Positions 1-10,466 are shown, counted from the first letter of the stretch. The stretch: 28,367 bases of DNA from Verrucomicrobiota bacterium (GCA_027622665.1 JAQBYT010000047.1:1-28367); one strand, 5' to 3'. Program-made: numbers and translations. Notes: a model not told the origin generated them from the letters alone.

Positions 1-2
1 TT

Positions 3-506
3 TCAGCTTCTATTTTGGCTCGAATCAAGCATCACAGTACAAACTATACCCACAAAGCGTTAACAAATGCCTACAATTATGCCTTGGATAACTCTGGCCG
101 TGAAATTTATGGAATCTTTGATTTAATCCAATTTTCAGAAACAAAAAACCTACAACTCATCATTTCAGATCCTTCTGGAAATTATCAAAAAGAAGCTCTA
201 AAAAAAATTCCAGCTAAAAAACAACAACATGTCCTTTGGATCTCAGAGCCTCATAGCTTTTTTGCTGTATTAAAAGAATGTGATCTATTTATACGAAATA
301 CAACAACAGATGGAGATTCCGTTTCAATTCATGAAGCCTTATTCTTACAAAAACCTGTCTGGGCCACGCAAGTTGTAGACCGACCGGTTGGTGTTCATCT
401 CTATACACAGCTCTCAGAAATCAATCTGGCTGCCTCAACAAATAAATCTATTACTCAAAAATCGACCGTCAAACAACTGATAGATCTTTACGAAACATTA
501 ACCTAA
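3..506 (+). CDS. Glycosyltransferase (GT-B, family 4-like), C-terminal part; 5'-partial at the window edge
   Basis: Frame is open from position 3. DLFIRNTTTDGDSVSIHEALFLQKPVWAT matches the GT4 donor-binding segment (D.F...S..EG.....EA....PV.AT). Much more AT-rich than the rest of the window. Confidence 0.75.
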   Translation, partial: SASILARIKHHSTNYTHKALTNAYNYALDNSGREIYGIFDLIQFSETKNLQLIISDPSGNYQKEALKKIPAKKQQHVLWISEPHSFFAVLKECDLFIRNTTTDGDSVSIHEALFLQKPVWATQVVDRPVGVHLYTQLSEINLAASTNKSITQKSTVKQLIDLYETLT

Positions 507-555
507 AAATCTAAACCCATATATAGTAGTTAAAAACCGCAGCCGAACAAGCATC

Positions 556-1686
556 ATGATTAGAGCAGTCGAATACGAAGCAGGGGACGTAGTTCTCCCT
601 GAAGGGGAACTGGGCAAGGGATTCTGTATCCTTGAAAGCGGTACGCTAGAAGTCGTGCGGGATGGACGGACTCTCACGGAAATAGACACCGTTGGATCCA
701 TATTCGGCGAATTGAGCGAAATTCTGTCGATGAAGAGGGATGCGACAATTCGAGCCAAGACGCCCGCCAAGGTTCGGCATGTGGAGGAAAGCATCGCCGA
801 TATCGTAACAAAGAATCCAAAGGTATCGATCAAGCTAATCCGCACGCTCGGACGGAGACTATTCCGGATGAATCGCTTAGTCGCAACCGGACTGCCCGCA
901 GATAAGACGGAACAGTCAGAAGCCAGTGTAACGGGAGTGTCCCTTCTTGTAGTAGACGACCAGCCGGCGATCATTGATCAGCTTTCGGAAATCGCCGAAC
1001 GGAACGAATGGACCGTACAAGGCACCGGAAGTGAAGCAGAAGCCCTTCGTATTTGCGAACGGTCTTCCTTCACCGCCATTATAATCAGCATGGCATTGCC
1101 TGACGACAGTGCAATCGATCTTCGTAGAAAACTAAAGACAAACAGTAATGTGATGAACACGCCCATAATAGGCATGATCGTCAAAGGGGACGAAGCCGCT
1201 CAAACCAAGGCAATCGACTCCGGGTTCGCCGATTGCTTGACCAAGCCTTTTGATCGGAACAAAACTGAGGCGACTCTATATGAGGTCATGCAGCTTGACT
1301 CCTCCGCTCGCTACTTCAAGCAGATCGACGACTTTCTTTTCTTCAAGCTCCCGAAAGTGCTTTCGGACTTCATCATCAACGATATCAAGGAAAATCTAGA
1401 CACCAGAATTCGAGGAACCATAAACGCGGGCATACAAAAGATGGTAATCGACGTATCCGAACTGGAAGAAGTCGGCGAAGAGGCAGTCGAAGTCGTAGGC
1501 GAATTCGCAGAAAAAATAGAAGAGCTCAAACTACCCATGCGCTGCGTCATCGTAGCCGTGGGAGAAGAAGTGGAAATGTGGAACAACCTCGACGGAGCCG
1601 AAGAGTGGGGTATTTGCGAGACTCTGGAGGAAGCCAAGGAGTTTCTTGCCAAGGACCCCGAAGAAGAGGAAGAAGGTGAGGAGTAA
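556..1686 (+). CDS. Multidomain signalling protein: cyclic-nucleotide-binding domain, atypical (Asp-less) receiver domain, STAS-like domain, acidic tail
   Basis: cNMP motifs EGELGKGFCILESG and IFGELSEILSMKRDATIRA; receiver motifs LLVVDDQ, IIISMALPD, PIIGM, CLTKPF; STAS-like KMVIDVSELEEVGEEAV; ends EEEEEGEE. Confidence 0.75.
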   Translation: MIRAVEYEAGDVVLPEGELGKGFCILESGTLEVVRDGRTLTEIDTVGSIFGELSEILSMKRDATIRAKTPAKVRHVEESIADIVTKNPKVSIKLIRTLGRRLFRMNRLVATGLPADKTEQSEASVTGVSLLVVDDQPAIIDQLSEIAERNEWTVQGTGSEAEALRICERSSFTAIIISMALPDDSAIDLRRKLKTNSNVMNTPIIGMIVKGDEAAQTKAIDSGFADCLTKPFDRNKTEATLYEVMQLDSSARYFKQIDDFLFFKLPKVLSDFIINDIKENLDTRIRGTINAGIQKMVIDVSELEEVGEEAVEVVGEFAEKIEELKLPMRCVIVAVGEEVEMWNNLDGAEEWGICETLEEAKEFLAKDPEEEEEGEE

Positions 1687-1830
1687 TCTCCATGCCGATG
1701 AGCTATCGTCCGTCGGCCGTTAACTTTCCATAGTCCACTTGCTCCAGTCCTTGCACCGGCAAGCTGGAAGTGCGTTCGCCCCGTGAACCTCTCTCCATCC
1801 ACTAATTTTTTTTTTAACTTCTCTGAATTA

Positions 1831-2760
1831 ATGGACGACGAACCCCAATCAGACCTCGAAACCGTACGTACCTATCTACTAGACTTACAGAACCGTATTC
1901 TGATCGCTACCTGCGACCTCGATCCCGTTGCCGAAGTTCGAAAAGATGAATGGGAACGAAGCGAAGGCGGCGGCGGACGCACCCTGTCGCTGTCAAAAGG
2001 AAAAACCTTCGAGAAAGGGGGAATAAACTTCTCTGACGTCAGTGGGAAAAACCTCCCGCCCTCCGCAACAGCCAACCGTCCCGAACTAGTCGGGGCTTCC
2101 TTTCGAGCCATGGGAGTCTCGATCGTGCTTCACCCCGATAACCCCTTTGCCCCCACCAGTCACGCGAACGTACGTTTTTTTAGAGCGGAACCCAAAAACG
2201 GCGATCCGCCGGTCTGGTGGTTCGGTGGTGGATTCGACCTCACGCCATACTATGGTTTTGAGGAGGATGCCGCAGCTTGGCATCGAGCCGCGAGAGACGC
2301 TTGCAAAACCTTTGGTGAAAACCTTTACCCCCGTTTAAAAAAATGGTGCGACGAATACTTTTATCTCAAGCACAGAAACGAACCACGGGGGATCGGAGGC
2401 ATCTTTTTCGACGACTTCTCCGAAGGTGGATTTGATCACGCTTTCGCTTTTCTTAAAAGTGTAGGCGACACCTTCCCCAACGCTTATCTTCCAATTGTCG
2501 AGAACCGGGCAAATCATCCTTTCGAGGAACGCCACAAGGACTTCCAACGCTACCGAAGAGGCCGTTATGTGGAATTCAACCTCGTTTACGACCGAGGCAC
2601 CCTCTTCGGTCTCCAGTCTGGAGGACGGGTGGAATCCATCCTGATGTCTCTTCCACCCGAAGTGACATGGAAATACGAATGGCATCCCGAAATCGGCACC
2701 GAGGAAGCCCGACTTTACGAGAAGTTTCTAAGACCACGAGATTGGGTTGGGGAGTCATGA
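1831..2760 (+). CDS. hemF: Oxygen-dependent coproporphyrinogen III oxidase
   Basis: [77 protein letters not shown] at 1831 preferred over GTG at 1783. Confidence 0.96.
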   Translation: MDDEPQSDLETVRTYLLDLQNRILIATCDLDPVAEVRKDEWERSEGGGGRTLSLSKGKTFEKGGINFSDVSGKNLPPSATANRPELVGASFRAMGVSIVLHPDNPFAPTSHANVRFFRAEPKNGDPPVWWFGGGFDLTPYYGFEEDAAAWHRAARDACKTFGENLYPRLKKWCDEYFYLKHRNEPRGIGGIFFDDFSEGGFDHAFAFLKSVGDTFPNAYLPIVENRANHPFEERHKDFQRYRRGRYVEFNLVYDRGTLFGLQSGGRVESILMSLPPEVTWKYEWHPEIGTEEARLYEKFLRPRDWVGES

Positions 2761-3791
2761 CAGGTCGCCAACGTATCCTCGACGCCTTGGCTTGCAAGCC
2801 TCTGGACAGACCTCCGCTCTGGATTATGCGACAGGCTGGACGATACTTGCCAGAATACCGCGCACTGAAGGAAAAGTACAGTTTTCTCGAGATGGTTCGA
2901 GAACCCACCTTGGCCAAGGAGGTAACCCTGCAACCGCTAGCTCGGTTCCCGCTCGATGCCGCGATCGTATTCAGCGATATATTAGTTGTGCCGGAAGCCA
3001 TGGGGCAAGGCTATGGGTTTCACGACAAAGGCGGCATCCGCATGGACTTCGCCATCGAAACAGCCCACGACGTCGACAAACTCGAAGTAGAGGGAGCCGC
3101 CGATCGCCTTGATTACGTAGCGAGGACCCTCGCTCTCTTACGGGAATCATTGGGCAATGAAAAAGCCCTTCTTGGTTTTTGCGGATCTCCATGGACATTG
3201 GCATGCTACGCAATTGATGGCGGATCTTCAGCAGGCTTTCCTCGGACACTGGCTTTTGCAAAAGAGCAACCCCATGCCTTCAACCAGCTGATGGAAAAAT
3301 TCACGGCCGTGCTGATTCAATACCTCCGCCGGCAAGCCGACGCCGGGGCAGACGCCATCCAAATCTTCGATACTTGGGGAAGCCTGTGCCCGGATGACGA
3401 ATCGGAAGCATGGTCACTTCGATGGATCCGAGAATTAACCTCCAGCCTGCGAGGCGAAATCCCGTTAATCCTCTACGCCAAGGATTCTGCAAACAAGCTC
3501 AAAGAACTTGCTTCATGCGGGACGACCTGTCTCGCACTAGATCATTCCATCGATCTAGCCGAAGCCAAGCAAAGTCTTGGGAGCGAAATTTCCGTTCAAG
3601 GGAATCTCGACCCAGAACTGCTGGAGTCAGACCCTACCTCGGTTCGCTCTGCCGCCAAAGACCTGATGTCCCGGATGTCGCCTTACGACGGGCATGTGTT
3701 CAACCTCGGGCACGGCATCCGCCCCACTGCCAGAATCGACTGTGTGGAAGAACTGGCGAAAACCGTGCTTGGCTATTCTTCAGGGAACTGA
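2757..3791 (+). CDS. hemE: Uroporphyrinogen decarboxylase
   Basis: [55 protein letters not shown] at 2757 overlaps the hemF stop (ATGA). Confidence 0.96.
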   Translation: MTGRQRILDALACKPLDRPPLWIMRQAGRYLPEYRALKEKYSFLEMVREPTLAKEVTLQPLARFPLDAAIVFSDILVVPEAMGQGYGFHDKGGIRMDFAIETAHDVDKLEVEGAADRLDYVARTLALLRESLGNEKALLGFCGSPWTLACYAIDGGSSAGFPRTLAFAKEQPHAFNQLMEKFTAVLIQYLRRQADAGADAIQIFDTWGSLCPDDESEAWSLRWIRELTSSLRGEIPLILYAKDSANKLKELASCGTTCLALDHSIDLAEAKQSLGSEISVQGNLDPELLESDPTSVRSAAKDLMSRMSPYDGHVFNLGHGIRPTARIDCVEELAKTVLGYSSGN

Positions 3792-3825
3792 CTGCACGAA
3801 ACTAATCCCGGTCAGGGCAGCGGTT

Positions 3826-5040
3826 TCAGTACGCATGTGAAACCGACAGCAAGCCCTGAGGAAAACAAATTTCGTCGACGGCGGCTTCGAAATCCTTAAA
3901 GCCCTCGAGAATTTCAATTTCCATGCGAATGAAATACAAAGGGATAATCGGCTTGTAATCCGGCGGGATGCGTACGGCATCTTTTTCCGTGGTCACGACA
4001 ACCTCGGAACCGGCATGTCGAGCACGCTTCAAAACCCTGTCCAGTTCGCCTCTGGTATAGCGGTGGTGATCGAGAAAGCGTCTACGATAGCGGAGGTCCC
4101 CTACCAGTTGCTCGATCATTTCCTCGAAACCTCGAGGCGAAGCAATGGCGCTAAAGACCCCGACGGGGGTTTCTTTCAGAAAATCGACATTTTGCAATCG
4201 GTCTCCATTGACTTCGTGGAAATGCTTAGGGTGGTGAGTGCAACGAATGATTTGAGCCTTGGGGTTGTGCTTGTTAATCAAATCCAGCAACTCACCATCC
4301 GGATCCGTCTTCGATTTGGTGAGAAAAATATAGGATGCCCGAGAAAGATGAGAAATCGGTTCGCGAAGGATTCCTCGAGGCAGCAGGTGGCCATTGCCAA
4401 AGGGGTTGGTTTGGTCGACCAACAGCAGGTTGAGCCGACCTTTCAGAGCCAGATACTGAAAGCCATCGTCCAGCACGAGAGTGTCCACTCCGAACTTGCG
4501 AATCGCATAGGCTCCGGCTTTAACGCGATCCTTGTCAACGAGAACCACTACGCCGGGCAAGTTGCGAGCCAACATGTAGGGTTCATCGCCAGCAACAGTC
4601 GAATCAAGCAGGACTTTTTCTCCATCGCTAACCACCTTTGGCGGTGGAGCCTCAGTATAGGTAAGCCAACGCCAGAAACGCCTCAGGGGAGGTTCTCTAC
4701 GACTTTTGTAACCCCGACTGAGGATGGCGACCTTTCTCCCTTTGGCCATGAGGGCTTGAGCAAAGCGTTCCACCACGGGTGTCTTGCCGGTGCCTCCAAC
4801 GGTTAGGTTTCCAACCACAACGACAAGGCAACCCAAGGGTCTGTCTTTGAAAATGACCCTATTACGATATAATTTGAGCCGAAGACGAACCAAACCGGAA
4901 AAAAGATATGAAAAGCCCTTAAGAAAAAAACCAAAGACACGGGCGGGCGGGGAATGGTCGCGATCGTAAATTACGCCCTCGACGAAAACTTCAAATCGTT
5001 CCCAATTCCGATATAACCTTTTGCGTAACCTTCGCAACAT
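3826..5040 (-). CDS. lpxK: Tetraacyldisaccharide 4'-kinase (lipid A biosynthesis)
   Basis: [54 protein letters not shown]. Confidence 0.96.
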   Translation of the reverse strand: MLRRLRKRLYRNWERFEVFVEGVIYDRDHSPPARVFGFFLKGFSYLFSGLVRLRLKLYRNRVIFKDRPLGCLVVVVGNLTVGGTGKTPVVERFAQALMAKGRKVAILSRGYKSRREPPLRRFWRWLTYTEAPPPKVVSDGEKVLLDSTVAGDEPYMLARNLPGVVVLVDKDRVKAGAYAIRKFGVDTLVLDDGFQYLALKGRLNLLLVDQTNPFGNGHLLPRGILREPISHLSRASYIFLTKSKTDPDGELLDLINKHNPKAQIIRCTHHPKHFHEVNGDRLQNVDFLKETPVGVFSAIASPRGFEEMIEQLVGDLRYRRRFLDHHRYTRGELDRVLKRARHAGSEVVVTTEKDAVRIPPDYKPIIPLYFIRMEIEILEGFKDFEAAVDEICFPQGLLSVSHAY

Positions 5041-5131
5041 GCGGTTTCTCTTTCTTATCGGAATGATCCGGATGCAAGCCTATTTGACAGTTCGGAATGG
5101 GAACAGGGCGGAGACCTCCATGGCTTCTCAT

Positions 5132-5159
5132 TTGACAAAGGAAAACTTTCTGATTTAAT
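5132..5159 (+). promoter_or_regulatory. Putative sigma70 promoter for the panD run
   Basis: TTGACA (5132-5137), 16-nt spacer ending in an extended -10 TG (5151-5152), TTTAAT (5154-5159), 53 nt upstream of the panD ATG. Confidence 0.6.
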
Positions 5160-5212
5160 GAACTACATTCAACCGCCCCATTTCCCCGCAAAGATTACAA
5201 TTCATCTTTCCA

Positions 5213-5575
5213 ATGCAGGTCAGTTTACTCAAATCCAAGCTACATCGTGCCACGGTCACATCCGTGGCACCCGATTATTCGGGCAGTCTCTCTATAGACG
5301 AAACGTTAATGAAAGCGGCAGGATTATTGAACCATGAAAAGATTTTGGTCGGGAACATTACAAACGGAGAACGTTTCGAAACCTATGCCATACCAGCCTC
5401 CCCTGATTCCGGAGAAATTGCCCTGAACGGGGCTGCCGCCCACAAGGGATCGCCTGGCGACTTACTCGTAATCCTAAGCTTTGTCCAGCTAGATCCCGAT
5501 GAGGCCGCCGACTGGGAACCCAGAGTGGTAATCGTTGGAGATGGAAATAAGTCCTTTGAAATGAAAAACAACTGA
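5213..5575 (+). CDS. panD: Aspartate 1-decarboxylase proenzyme
   Basis: LKSKLHRATVT, YSGSLSID (Gly-Ser self-cleavage site), NGERFETYAI, LNGAAAH. Confidence 0.96.
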   Translation: MQVSLLKSKLHRATVTSVAPDYSGSLSIDETLMKAAGLLNHEKILVGNITNGERFETYAIPASPDSGEIALNGAAAHKGSPGDLLVILSFVQLDPDEAADWEPRVVIVGDGNKSFEMKNN

Positions 5576-5599
5576 CGTTCTCTTACTTTCTATTATACT

Positions 5600-6685
5600 A
5601 TGATCGACTACAAGCTGTTCATTCCCGGCCCAATAAATGTTTCCGAGGAAACTTACCGAGCCATGGGAACTCCTGTAATGGGACATCGCAGCACCGACTT
5701 TGTAGAGCTATATAGGTCAGTACAACCGAAGTTACAGCGTATCTTCGCGACAGAAGACCCGGTATTTCTGTCCACTTCCAGTGCGTGGGGAGTGATGGAA
5801 GGCGCAGTGCGTAATCTTTGTGCGAAAAAAGTACTCAACTGCATGTGCGGCGCTTTTTCCGACAAATGGTACGACGTCTCCAATCGTTGCGGAAAGGACG
5901 CGGGACAACTGAAAGTGGAATGGGGGCAACACATCGACCCCGGAAATCTACGAACGGCCCTGTCTTCGGGAGAGTACGATGTCGTCACTCTCGTCCACAA
6001 CGAGACCTCTTGCGGCATGATGAACCCCCTTGCGGAGATAATGGATGTCCTACGAGAATTCCCGGAAGTCGTCTCCGTCGTAGACACGGTGAGCTCCTTT
6101 TCTGCCGTTCCCATTCCGAAAGACGAACTGGGGATCGACGTATTACTAACGGGTACACAAAAAGCCTTGGCGATGCCTCCCGGATTGGCCTTGCTGTCAG
6201 TTTCCGAACGAGCGATGAAGCGGGCCGCACAGGTGGATGATCGAGGCTATTACTTCGATTTTTTGGAATTCAACAAGAATCATGAAAAAGGGATGACCCC
6301 GAGCACCCCCGTCATTCCACTCATTCATGCGCTGGAACACACCTTGGACAAGATCTTCGCGGAAGGTATGGAAACTCGATTCGCCCGACATGCACGGCTC
6401 AACGACAAGGTGCGGGCTTGGGTTTCGCAGCAGGGACTAGCACTTTTTCCCCAGGAGCAATATGCATCGCGTTCTCTAACATGCGTAAAAAACACTCGAA
6501 ACATCGAGATCTCCGCCCTTAATGATGCCCTGAAGAAGGAGAAGAAATTTGCAATCGACGTAGGTTACGGCAAAATCAAAGGCCAAACCTTTCGCATATC
6601 CAACATGGGTGACGAAACCGACGAAACGATCGACGAATTACTCACGGCTATCGACGAGTTACTTCCCCGATTCCTGCCTTCCTGA
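5600..6685 (+). CDS. Class V PLP-dependent aminotransferase (alanine-glyoxylate/serine-pyruvate aminotransferase-like)
   Basis: LFIPGP, VHNETSCG, VDTVSS, TGTQKALAMPPG (PLP lysine), FRISNMG. Confidence 0.9.
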   Translation: MIDYKLFIPGPINVSEETYRAMGTPVMGHRSTDFVELYRSVQPKLQRIFATEDPVFLSTSSAWGVMEGAVRNLCAKKVLNCMCGAFSDKWYDVSNRCGKDAGQLKVEWGQHIDPGNLRTALSSGEYDVVTLVHNETSCGMMNPLAEIMDVLREFPEVVSVVDTVSSFSAVPIPKDELGIDVLLTGTQKALAMPPGLALLSVSERAMKRAAQVDDRGYYFDFLEFNKNHEKGMTPSTPVIPLIHALEHTLDKIFAEGMETRFARHARLNDKVRAWVSQQGLALFPQEQYASRSLTCVKNTRNIEISALNDALKKEKKFAIDVGYGKIKGQTFRISNMGDETDETIDELLTAIDELLPRFLPS

Positions 6686-6741
6686 GCCCCTCCGCTTAGG
6701 TAATGCGTTAATATAGGTTCACGAATAACAATAACTGTTTC

Positions 6742-9204
6742 ATGAAAAGACTTATCATTGCGGAAAAACCCAGTGTAGCGAAAGACCTTGCGCGCGTTCT
6801 TGGCAATGTGCCAAAGGATGGCGACAGATACGAAGACGAAGATCTTGTGATAGATTGCGCTCGGGGCCACCTCGTCGAGTTGTTTATGCCCGACGATTTT
6901 GACAAGAATCTCAAGAAATGGCGTTTGACCGACTTGCCCATCGTGCCCGAGAAGTTTCAGCTAAAGCCGATTCAAAACACAAAAAAGAAATTCAACGACC
7001 TGAAGAAATTGTTGAATCGAAGCGATGTGGGCGAGATCGTGAATGCTTGTGACGCCGGTCGTGAGGGAGAGCTTATTTTCACCTATGTTTACGAGTTAGC
7101 CGGATGTAAAAAGCCCGTGCAGCGACTTTGGATGCTATCGATGACCGACCAGTCGATCCAAGATGCCTACAAGCAGCTTAGACCTGGTGCAGAGATGCAA
7201 TCCTTGCAGGATGCCGCTCGCTGCCGATCCGAATCAGACTGGCTGATCGGCATCAACGGTACACGTGTCGTGACCCTAAGGAAGAGCAGAGGGAAAAGTC
7301 GACAGATGGCTACCGTTGGTCGGGTACAGACTCCCACCCTCTCTTTGGTTGTGACTAGAGACCTAACCATTCGCAACTTCAAGCCTCGTAAATACCACCG
7401 AATCACAGCCAAGTTCGGCATCCGTGAAGGCGAATACGAGGGGGTCTACCAACGCACTCCTTTTAGAAAGGACGAGGACAACGAACACGACCGAGTGGAC
7501 CGAGTCTGGGACGAAGAGTCGGCAATCGCCTTACACGAATCGCTAACCACGGCAGATGAAGCCGAAGTGACCGAAAACAAGCGGCGCTCACCCCAGCAAT
7601 CGGGTCGACTTTTCGACCTGACTACCCTGCAACGCGAAGCGAATCGCCAGTATAGTTTCTCCGCCAGTCGCACCCTGCAACTAGCTCAGTCCCTTTACGA
7701 GCGCCACAAAGCAATCACTTATCCACGTACCGACTCCAAAGCTCTTCCCGAAGATTATGTCGGTACATGCATAGATACCATGCAGAATCTAGCTGGAGAG
7801 CTAAAACCTTTTACCCAAAAACCGCTAGACAATGATTGGATCGATGGAGACAACAAAAAGATTTTCAACAACAAGCAAATCAGCGATCACTTCGCCATAA
7901 TTCCCACCAATCAGCCATCTGCGAGCCTGAACGACAACGAGAAGAGAATCTACAACATGATCGCAAAACGATTCATTGCGGTCTTCTATCCTCCGGCCCA
8001 ATGGGATGTCACCACCAGAAAAAGCATCATCGGCGAACATTCCTTCAAAACCGAGGGTCGAGTACTTGTTGAAGCATCGTGGCTGGCCATTTACGGAAAA
8101 GACAAGCAGCCCGAAGACACTTTGCCCGCTCTCAGCGAAGCTGACGGAAATCGTGCATCGATTAAGGAGATGAACCTCGTCGCCGAGGAGACAAAGCCAC
8201 CAGCCTTATACACGGAAGCTAGCTTACTCGCCGCCATGGAGGGTGCGGGAAAACTAGTCGAGGACGAGGAAATGGCTGAGGCGATGAAGGAAAAGGGACT
8301 GGGAACGCCTGCGACCCGAGCCTCAACGATCGAGCATCTCATTTCCGAAAAGTACCTTAATCGAGAGAAAGCGAAAATTTCTTCGACTCACAAGGGAGAA
8401 GACCTTTGCATATTCCTAAAGACAGTTGGTGCCGACATCCTCACCAGTCCGAGCATGACGGGGGAATGGGAATACAAACTGCGTCAAATCGAGGAAGGTC
8501 AGTTCAGTCGGGAACACTTCATGCGCGACATCGCTCAACTGACCCAATTAGTCGTCCAACGAACCGTCGACTTCAAGGAATCGACCGACGACATGCAGGA
8601 AACAGTGCTTACTTCTCCTATCGACGGTTCCCCACTATTTGAAGGACTCGCTTACTATCAAACCAAAGCGGGGGACTTCCGTATTGCCAAGTCATTCGCC
8701 AGCAGACGCCTCGAACTTGATGAAGCTTCGACCCTTATCAAGGAAGGTCGGATCGGCCCATTGGATGGCTTTACGTCAAAGGCAGGACTCCCTTTCTCCG
8801 CTATGCTGAAATTAGATGAGGACAACAAGGTAACCTTCGTGTTCAACGAAACCCCGGGTGGAGCGAATGCCGACGACCCCACCACCATAGTAGATGCACC
8901 AGTTGTCGGCGAATGCCCAATATGTAAAGGGGAGGTTCGTGAAACCCCGAATTCCATTGTCTGCATCAAAAATCCAATCGTATCCAAAGGGAAATGCAAA
9001 TTCCGCGTCACGAAAACGTTACTCGACCTAAAAATCCCGCCTGAAGAGCTAAGAGCACTCCTCAACGATGGAAAGACGAGCCTTCTCAAAGGATTCATGT
9101 CCCGCAAGACTCGACGCCTTTTTGATGCAACTCTCGTCCTCAAGGAAGACGGTGGTATCGGATTTGAGTTCCCGTCAAAACCCAAACGCGCTGCCTCTGC
9201 CTAG
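6742..9204 (+). CDS. topB: DNA topoisomerase III (type IA) with C-terminal repeats and zinc ribbon
   Basis: IIAEKPSVA, NACDAGREGELIF, TVGRVQTPTL, ITYPRTDS (catalytic Tyr), GLGTPATRA; two C-terminal GF.S..G..F.A.L repeats. Confidence 0.92.
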   Translation: MKRLIIAEKPSVAKDLARVLGNVPKDGDRYEDEDLVIDCARGHLVELFMPDDFDKNLKKWRLTDLPIVPEKFQLKPIQNTKKKFNDLKKLLNRSDVGEIVNACDAGREGELIFTYVYELAGCKKPVQRLWMLSMTDQSIQDAYKQLRPGAEMQSLQDAARCRSESDWLIGINGTRVVTLRKSRGKSRQMATVGRVQTPTLSLVVTRDLTIRNFKPRKYHRITAKFGIREGEYEGVYQRTPFRKDEDNEHDRVDRVWDEESAIALHESLTTADEAEVTENKRRSPQQSGRLFDLTTLQREANRQYSFSASRTLQLAQSLYERHKAITYPRTDSKALPEDYVGTCIDTMQNLAGELKPFTQKPLDNDWIDGDNKKIFNNKQISDHFAIIPTNQPSASLNDNEKRIYNMIAKRFIAVFYPPAQWDVTTRKSIIGEHSFKTEGRVLVEASWLAIYGKDKQPEDTLPALSEADGNRASIKEMNLVAEETKPPALYTEASLLAAMEGAGKLVEDEEMAEAMKEKGLGTPATRASTIEHLISEKYLNREKAKISSTHKGEDLCIFLKTVGADILTSPSMTGEWEYKLRQIEEGQFSREHFMRDIAQLTQLVVQRTVDFKESTDDMQETVLTSPIDGSPLFEGLAYYQTKAGDFRIAKSFASRRLELDEASTLIKEGRIGPLDGFTSKAGLPFSAMLKLDEDNKVTFVFNETPGGANADDPTTIVDAPVVGECPICKGEVRETPNSIVCIKNPIVSKGKCKFRVTKTLLDLKIPPEELRALLNDGKTSLLKGFMSRKTRRLFDATLVLKEDGGIGFEFPSKPKRAASA

Positions 9205-9234
9205 ACAAAGACCTACCGCACTCGAAATCGAATC

Positions 9235-9537
9235 ATGCCGCCAATCTACGCCTATCGCGTGATTGAAGAAGATGGAGAAGGTGAAATCTTCGAAATCGAG
9301 CAAAGCCTAGGTTCCACACCCATCTCCGAGCACCCACTCACTGGCAAATCGGTCGTGCGGATATTGGATTCCCCCAGCTTGAGCTTGAAGCACAGCGAGG
9401 AAAAGGAGCGTCGAATGCTTTCCGCCGACAACCTAAACAAGTCCGGTTTTTCTCGCTACGAACGCGATCCGGGCTCAGGAGTGTACCACCAGACCGCAGG
9501 AAAAGAAGGTCCGAAGGAAATCAACCGAGAGGATTAA
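9235..9537 (+). CDS. FmdB-family zinc-ribbon-like protein, cysteine-free variant
   Basis: MPPIYAYR...FEIEQS...EHPLTGKSVVRIL follows the FmdB MP.Y.Y...FE..Q...CP.CG pattern but contains no Cys. Confidence 0.65.
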   Translation: MPPIYAYRVIEEDGEGEIFEIEQSLGSTPISEHPLTGKSVVRILDSPSLSLKHSEEKERRMLSADNLNKSGFSRYERDPGSGVYHQTAGKEGPKEINRED

Positions 9538-9578
9538 GGCATTGCCAGATAATTCGTGTTGAGATAAGGATATATACC

Positions 9579-10460
9579 ATGAACGTCATGCGTAAACCAA
9601 AGTGGCTGAGAGCCAAGCTCCCCACCGGTCCTGGCTATGTTTCCGTGCAAAACATCGTGGATGACAACCAGCTTCACACCGTTTGCCAAAGCGCTCAATG
9701 TCCCAATATGGGGGAATGCTGGTCACGCGGCACCGCCACCCTCATGATTCTTGGCAACGTCTGCACACGAACCTGTTCCTTCTGCTCAGTGGAAAGCGGA
9801 CGCCCTCCGGAGCTTGACCTCGCCGAACCCGGACGCGTTGCCCAAGCCGTGGCCAAAATGGGACTGCGACACTGTGTCTTGACTTCCGTGGCGAGGGATG
9901 ATCTGCCCGACGGCGGGGCGGCCGTATGGGCTTCGACCATCCGAGCCGTTCGGCACCGCAACCCGGAAACCGCGATAGAGGTATTGGTGCCTGACTTTCA
10001 AGGTAAGTTGGAACACCTGGACATCGTGCTTCAGGCCAAGCCGGATGTTTTCAACCACAATCTGGAAACCGTCGAGCGCCTGCAACGGCCGGTTCGCAAG
10101 ACCGCGACTTACGATCGTACACTCGGCGTATTGCGGCACGCGAAAAGCCACAACTTCGTTACGAAATCCGGCATCATGCTGGGTCTAGGCGAAGAGCGCG
10201 AGGAAATCGCCCAAGCCATCAAGGATCTTGCCGACGAGAAACTAGACATCCTGACAATCGGCCAATACCTGCAACCCTCCAACGAACATGCCCCGATTGC
10301 TCGTTGGGCTACTCCTGAAGAATTCGACGAGTGGAAAGAGTTGGCCTTGAGCATCGGCATAGTAGTTGTGGAGTCGGGCCCGCTCGTGCGCTCATCCTAC
10401 CATGCCGAAGAGCAATCCGAACGATTTGGCTTCGGGAAACAAGCTGCCGCGTCGGTCTGA
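9579..10460 (+). CDS. lipA: Lipoyl synthase (radical SAM)
   Basis: CQSAQCPNMGEC (auxiliary cluster), CTRTCSFC (radical SAM), RSSYHA. Alternative ATG at 9588. Confidence 0.97.
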   Translation: MNVMRKPKWLRAKLPTGPGYVSVQNIVDDNQLHTVCQSAQCPNMGECWSRGTATLMILGNVCTRTCSFCSVESGRPPELDLAEPGRVAQAVAKMGLRHCVLTSVARDDLPDGGAAVWASTIRAVRHRNPETAIEVLVPDFQGKLEHLDIVLQAKPDVFNHNLETVERLQRPVRKTATYDRTLGVLRHAKSHNFVTKSGIMLGLGEEREEIAQAIKDLADEKLDILTIGQYLQPSNEHAPIARWATPEEFDEWKELALSIGIVVVESGPLVRSSYHAEEQSERFGFGKQAAASV

Positions 10461-10466
10461 GACGGC

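Noticed and set aside
2667..2756. Longer N-termini in the ORF track for hemE (2667), hemF (1783), the oxidoreductases (13555, 13694), S41 (15340), lipoprotein (23973) and protease (23923)
   Set aside because: Extensions overlap neighbours or bury signal peptides; downstream ATGs give family-typical starts or ATGA coupling.
4015..4806. Long antisense or alternate-frame ORFs (4015-4806, 498-974, 8658-9185, 12519-13043, 25653-26249, 26952-27671)
   Set aside because: They lie within well-supported genes, have no motifs, and are typical shadow ORFs.
5572..5602. Leaderless promoter before the aminotransferase (CTGACG-N16-TATACT)
   Set aside because: The -10 hexamer abuts the ATG with no spacing for a start site; co-transcription with panD is simpler.
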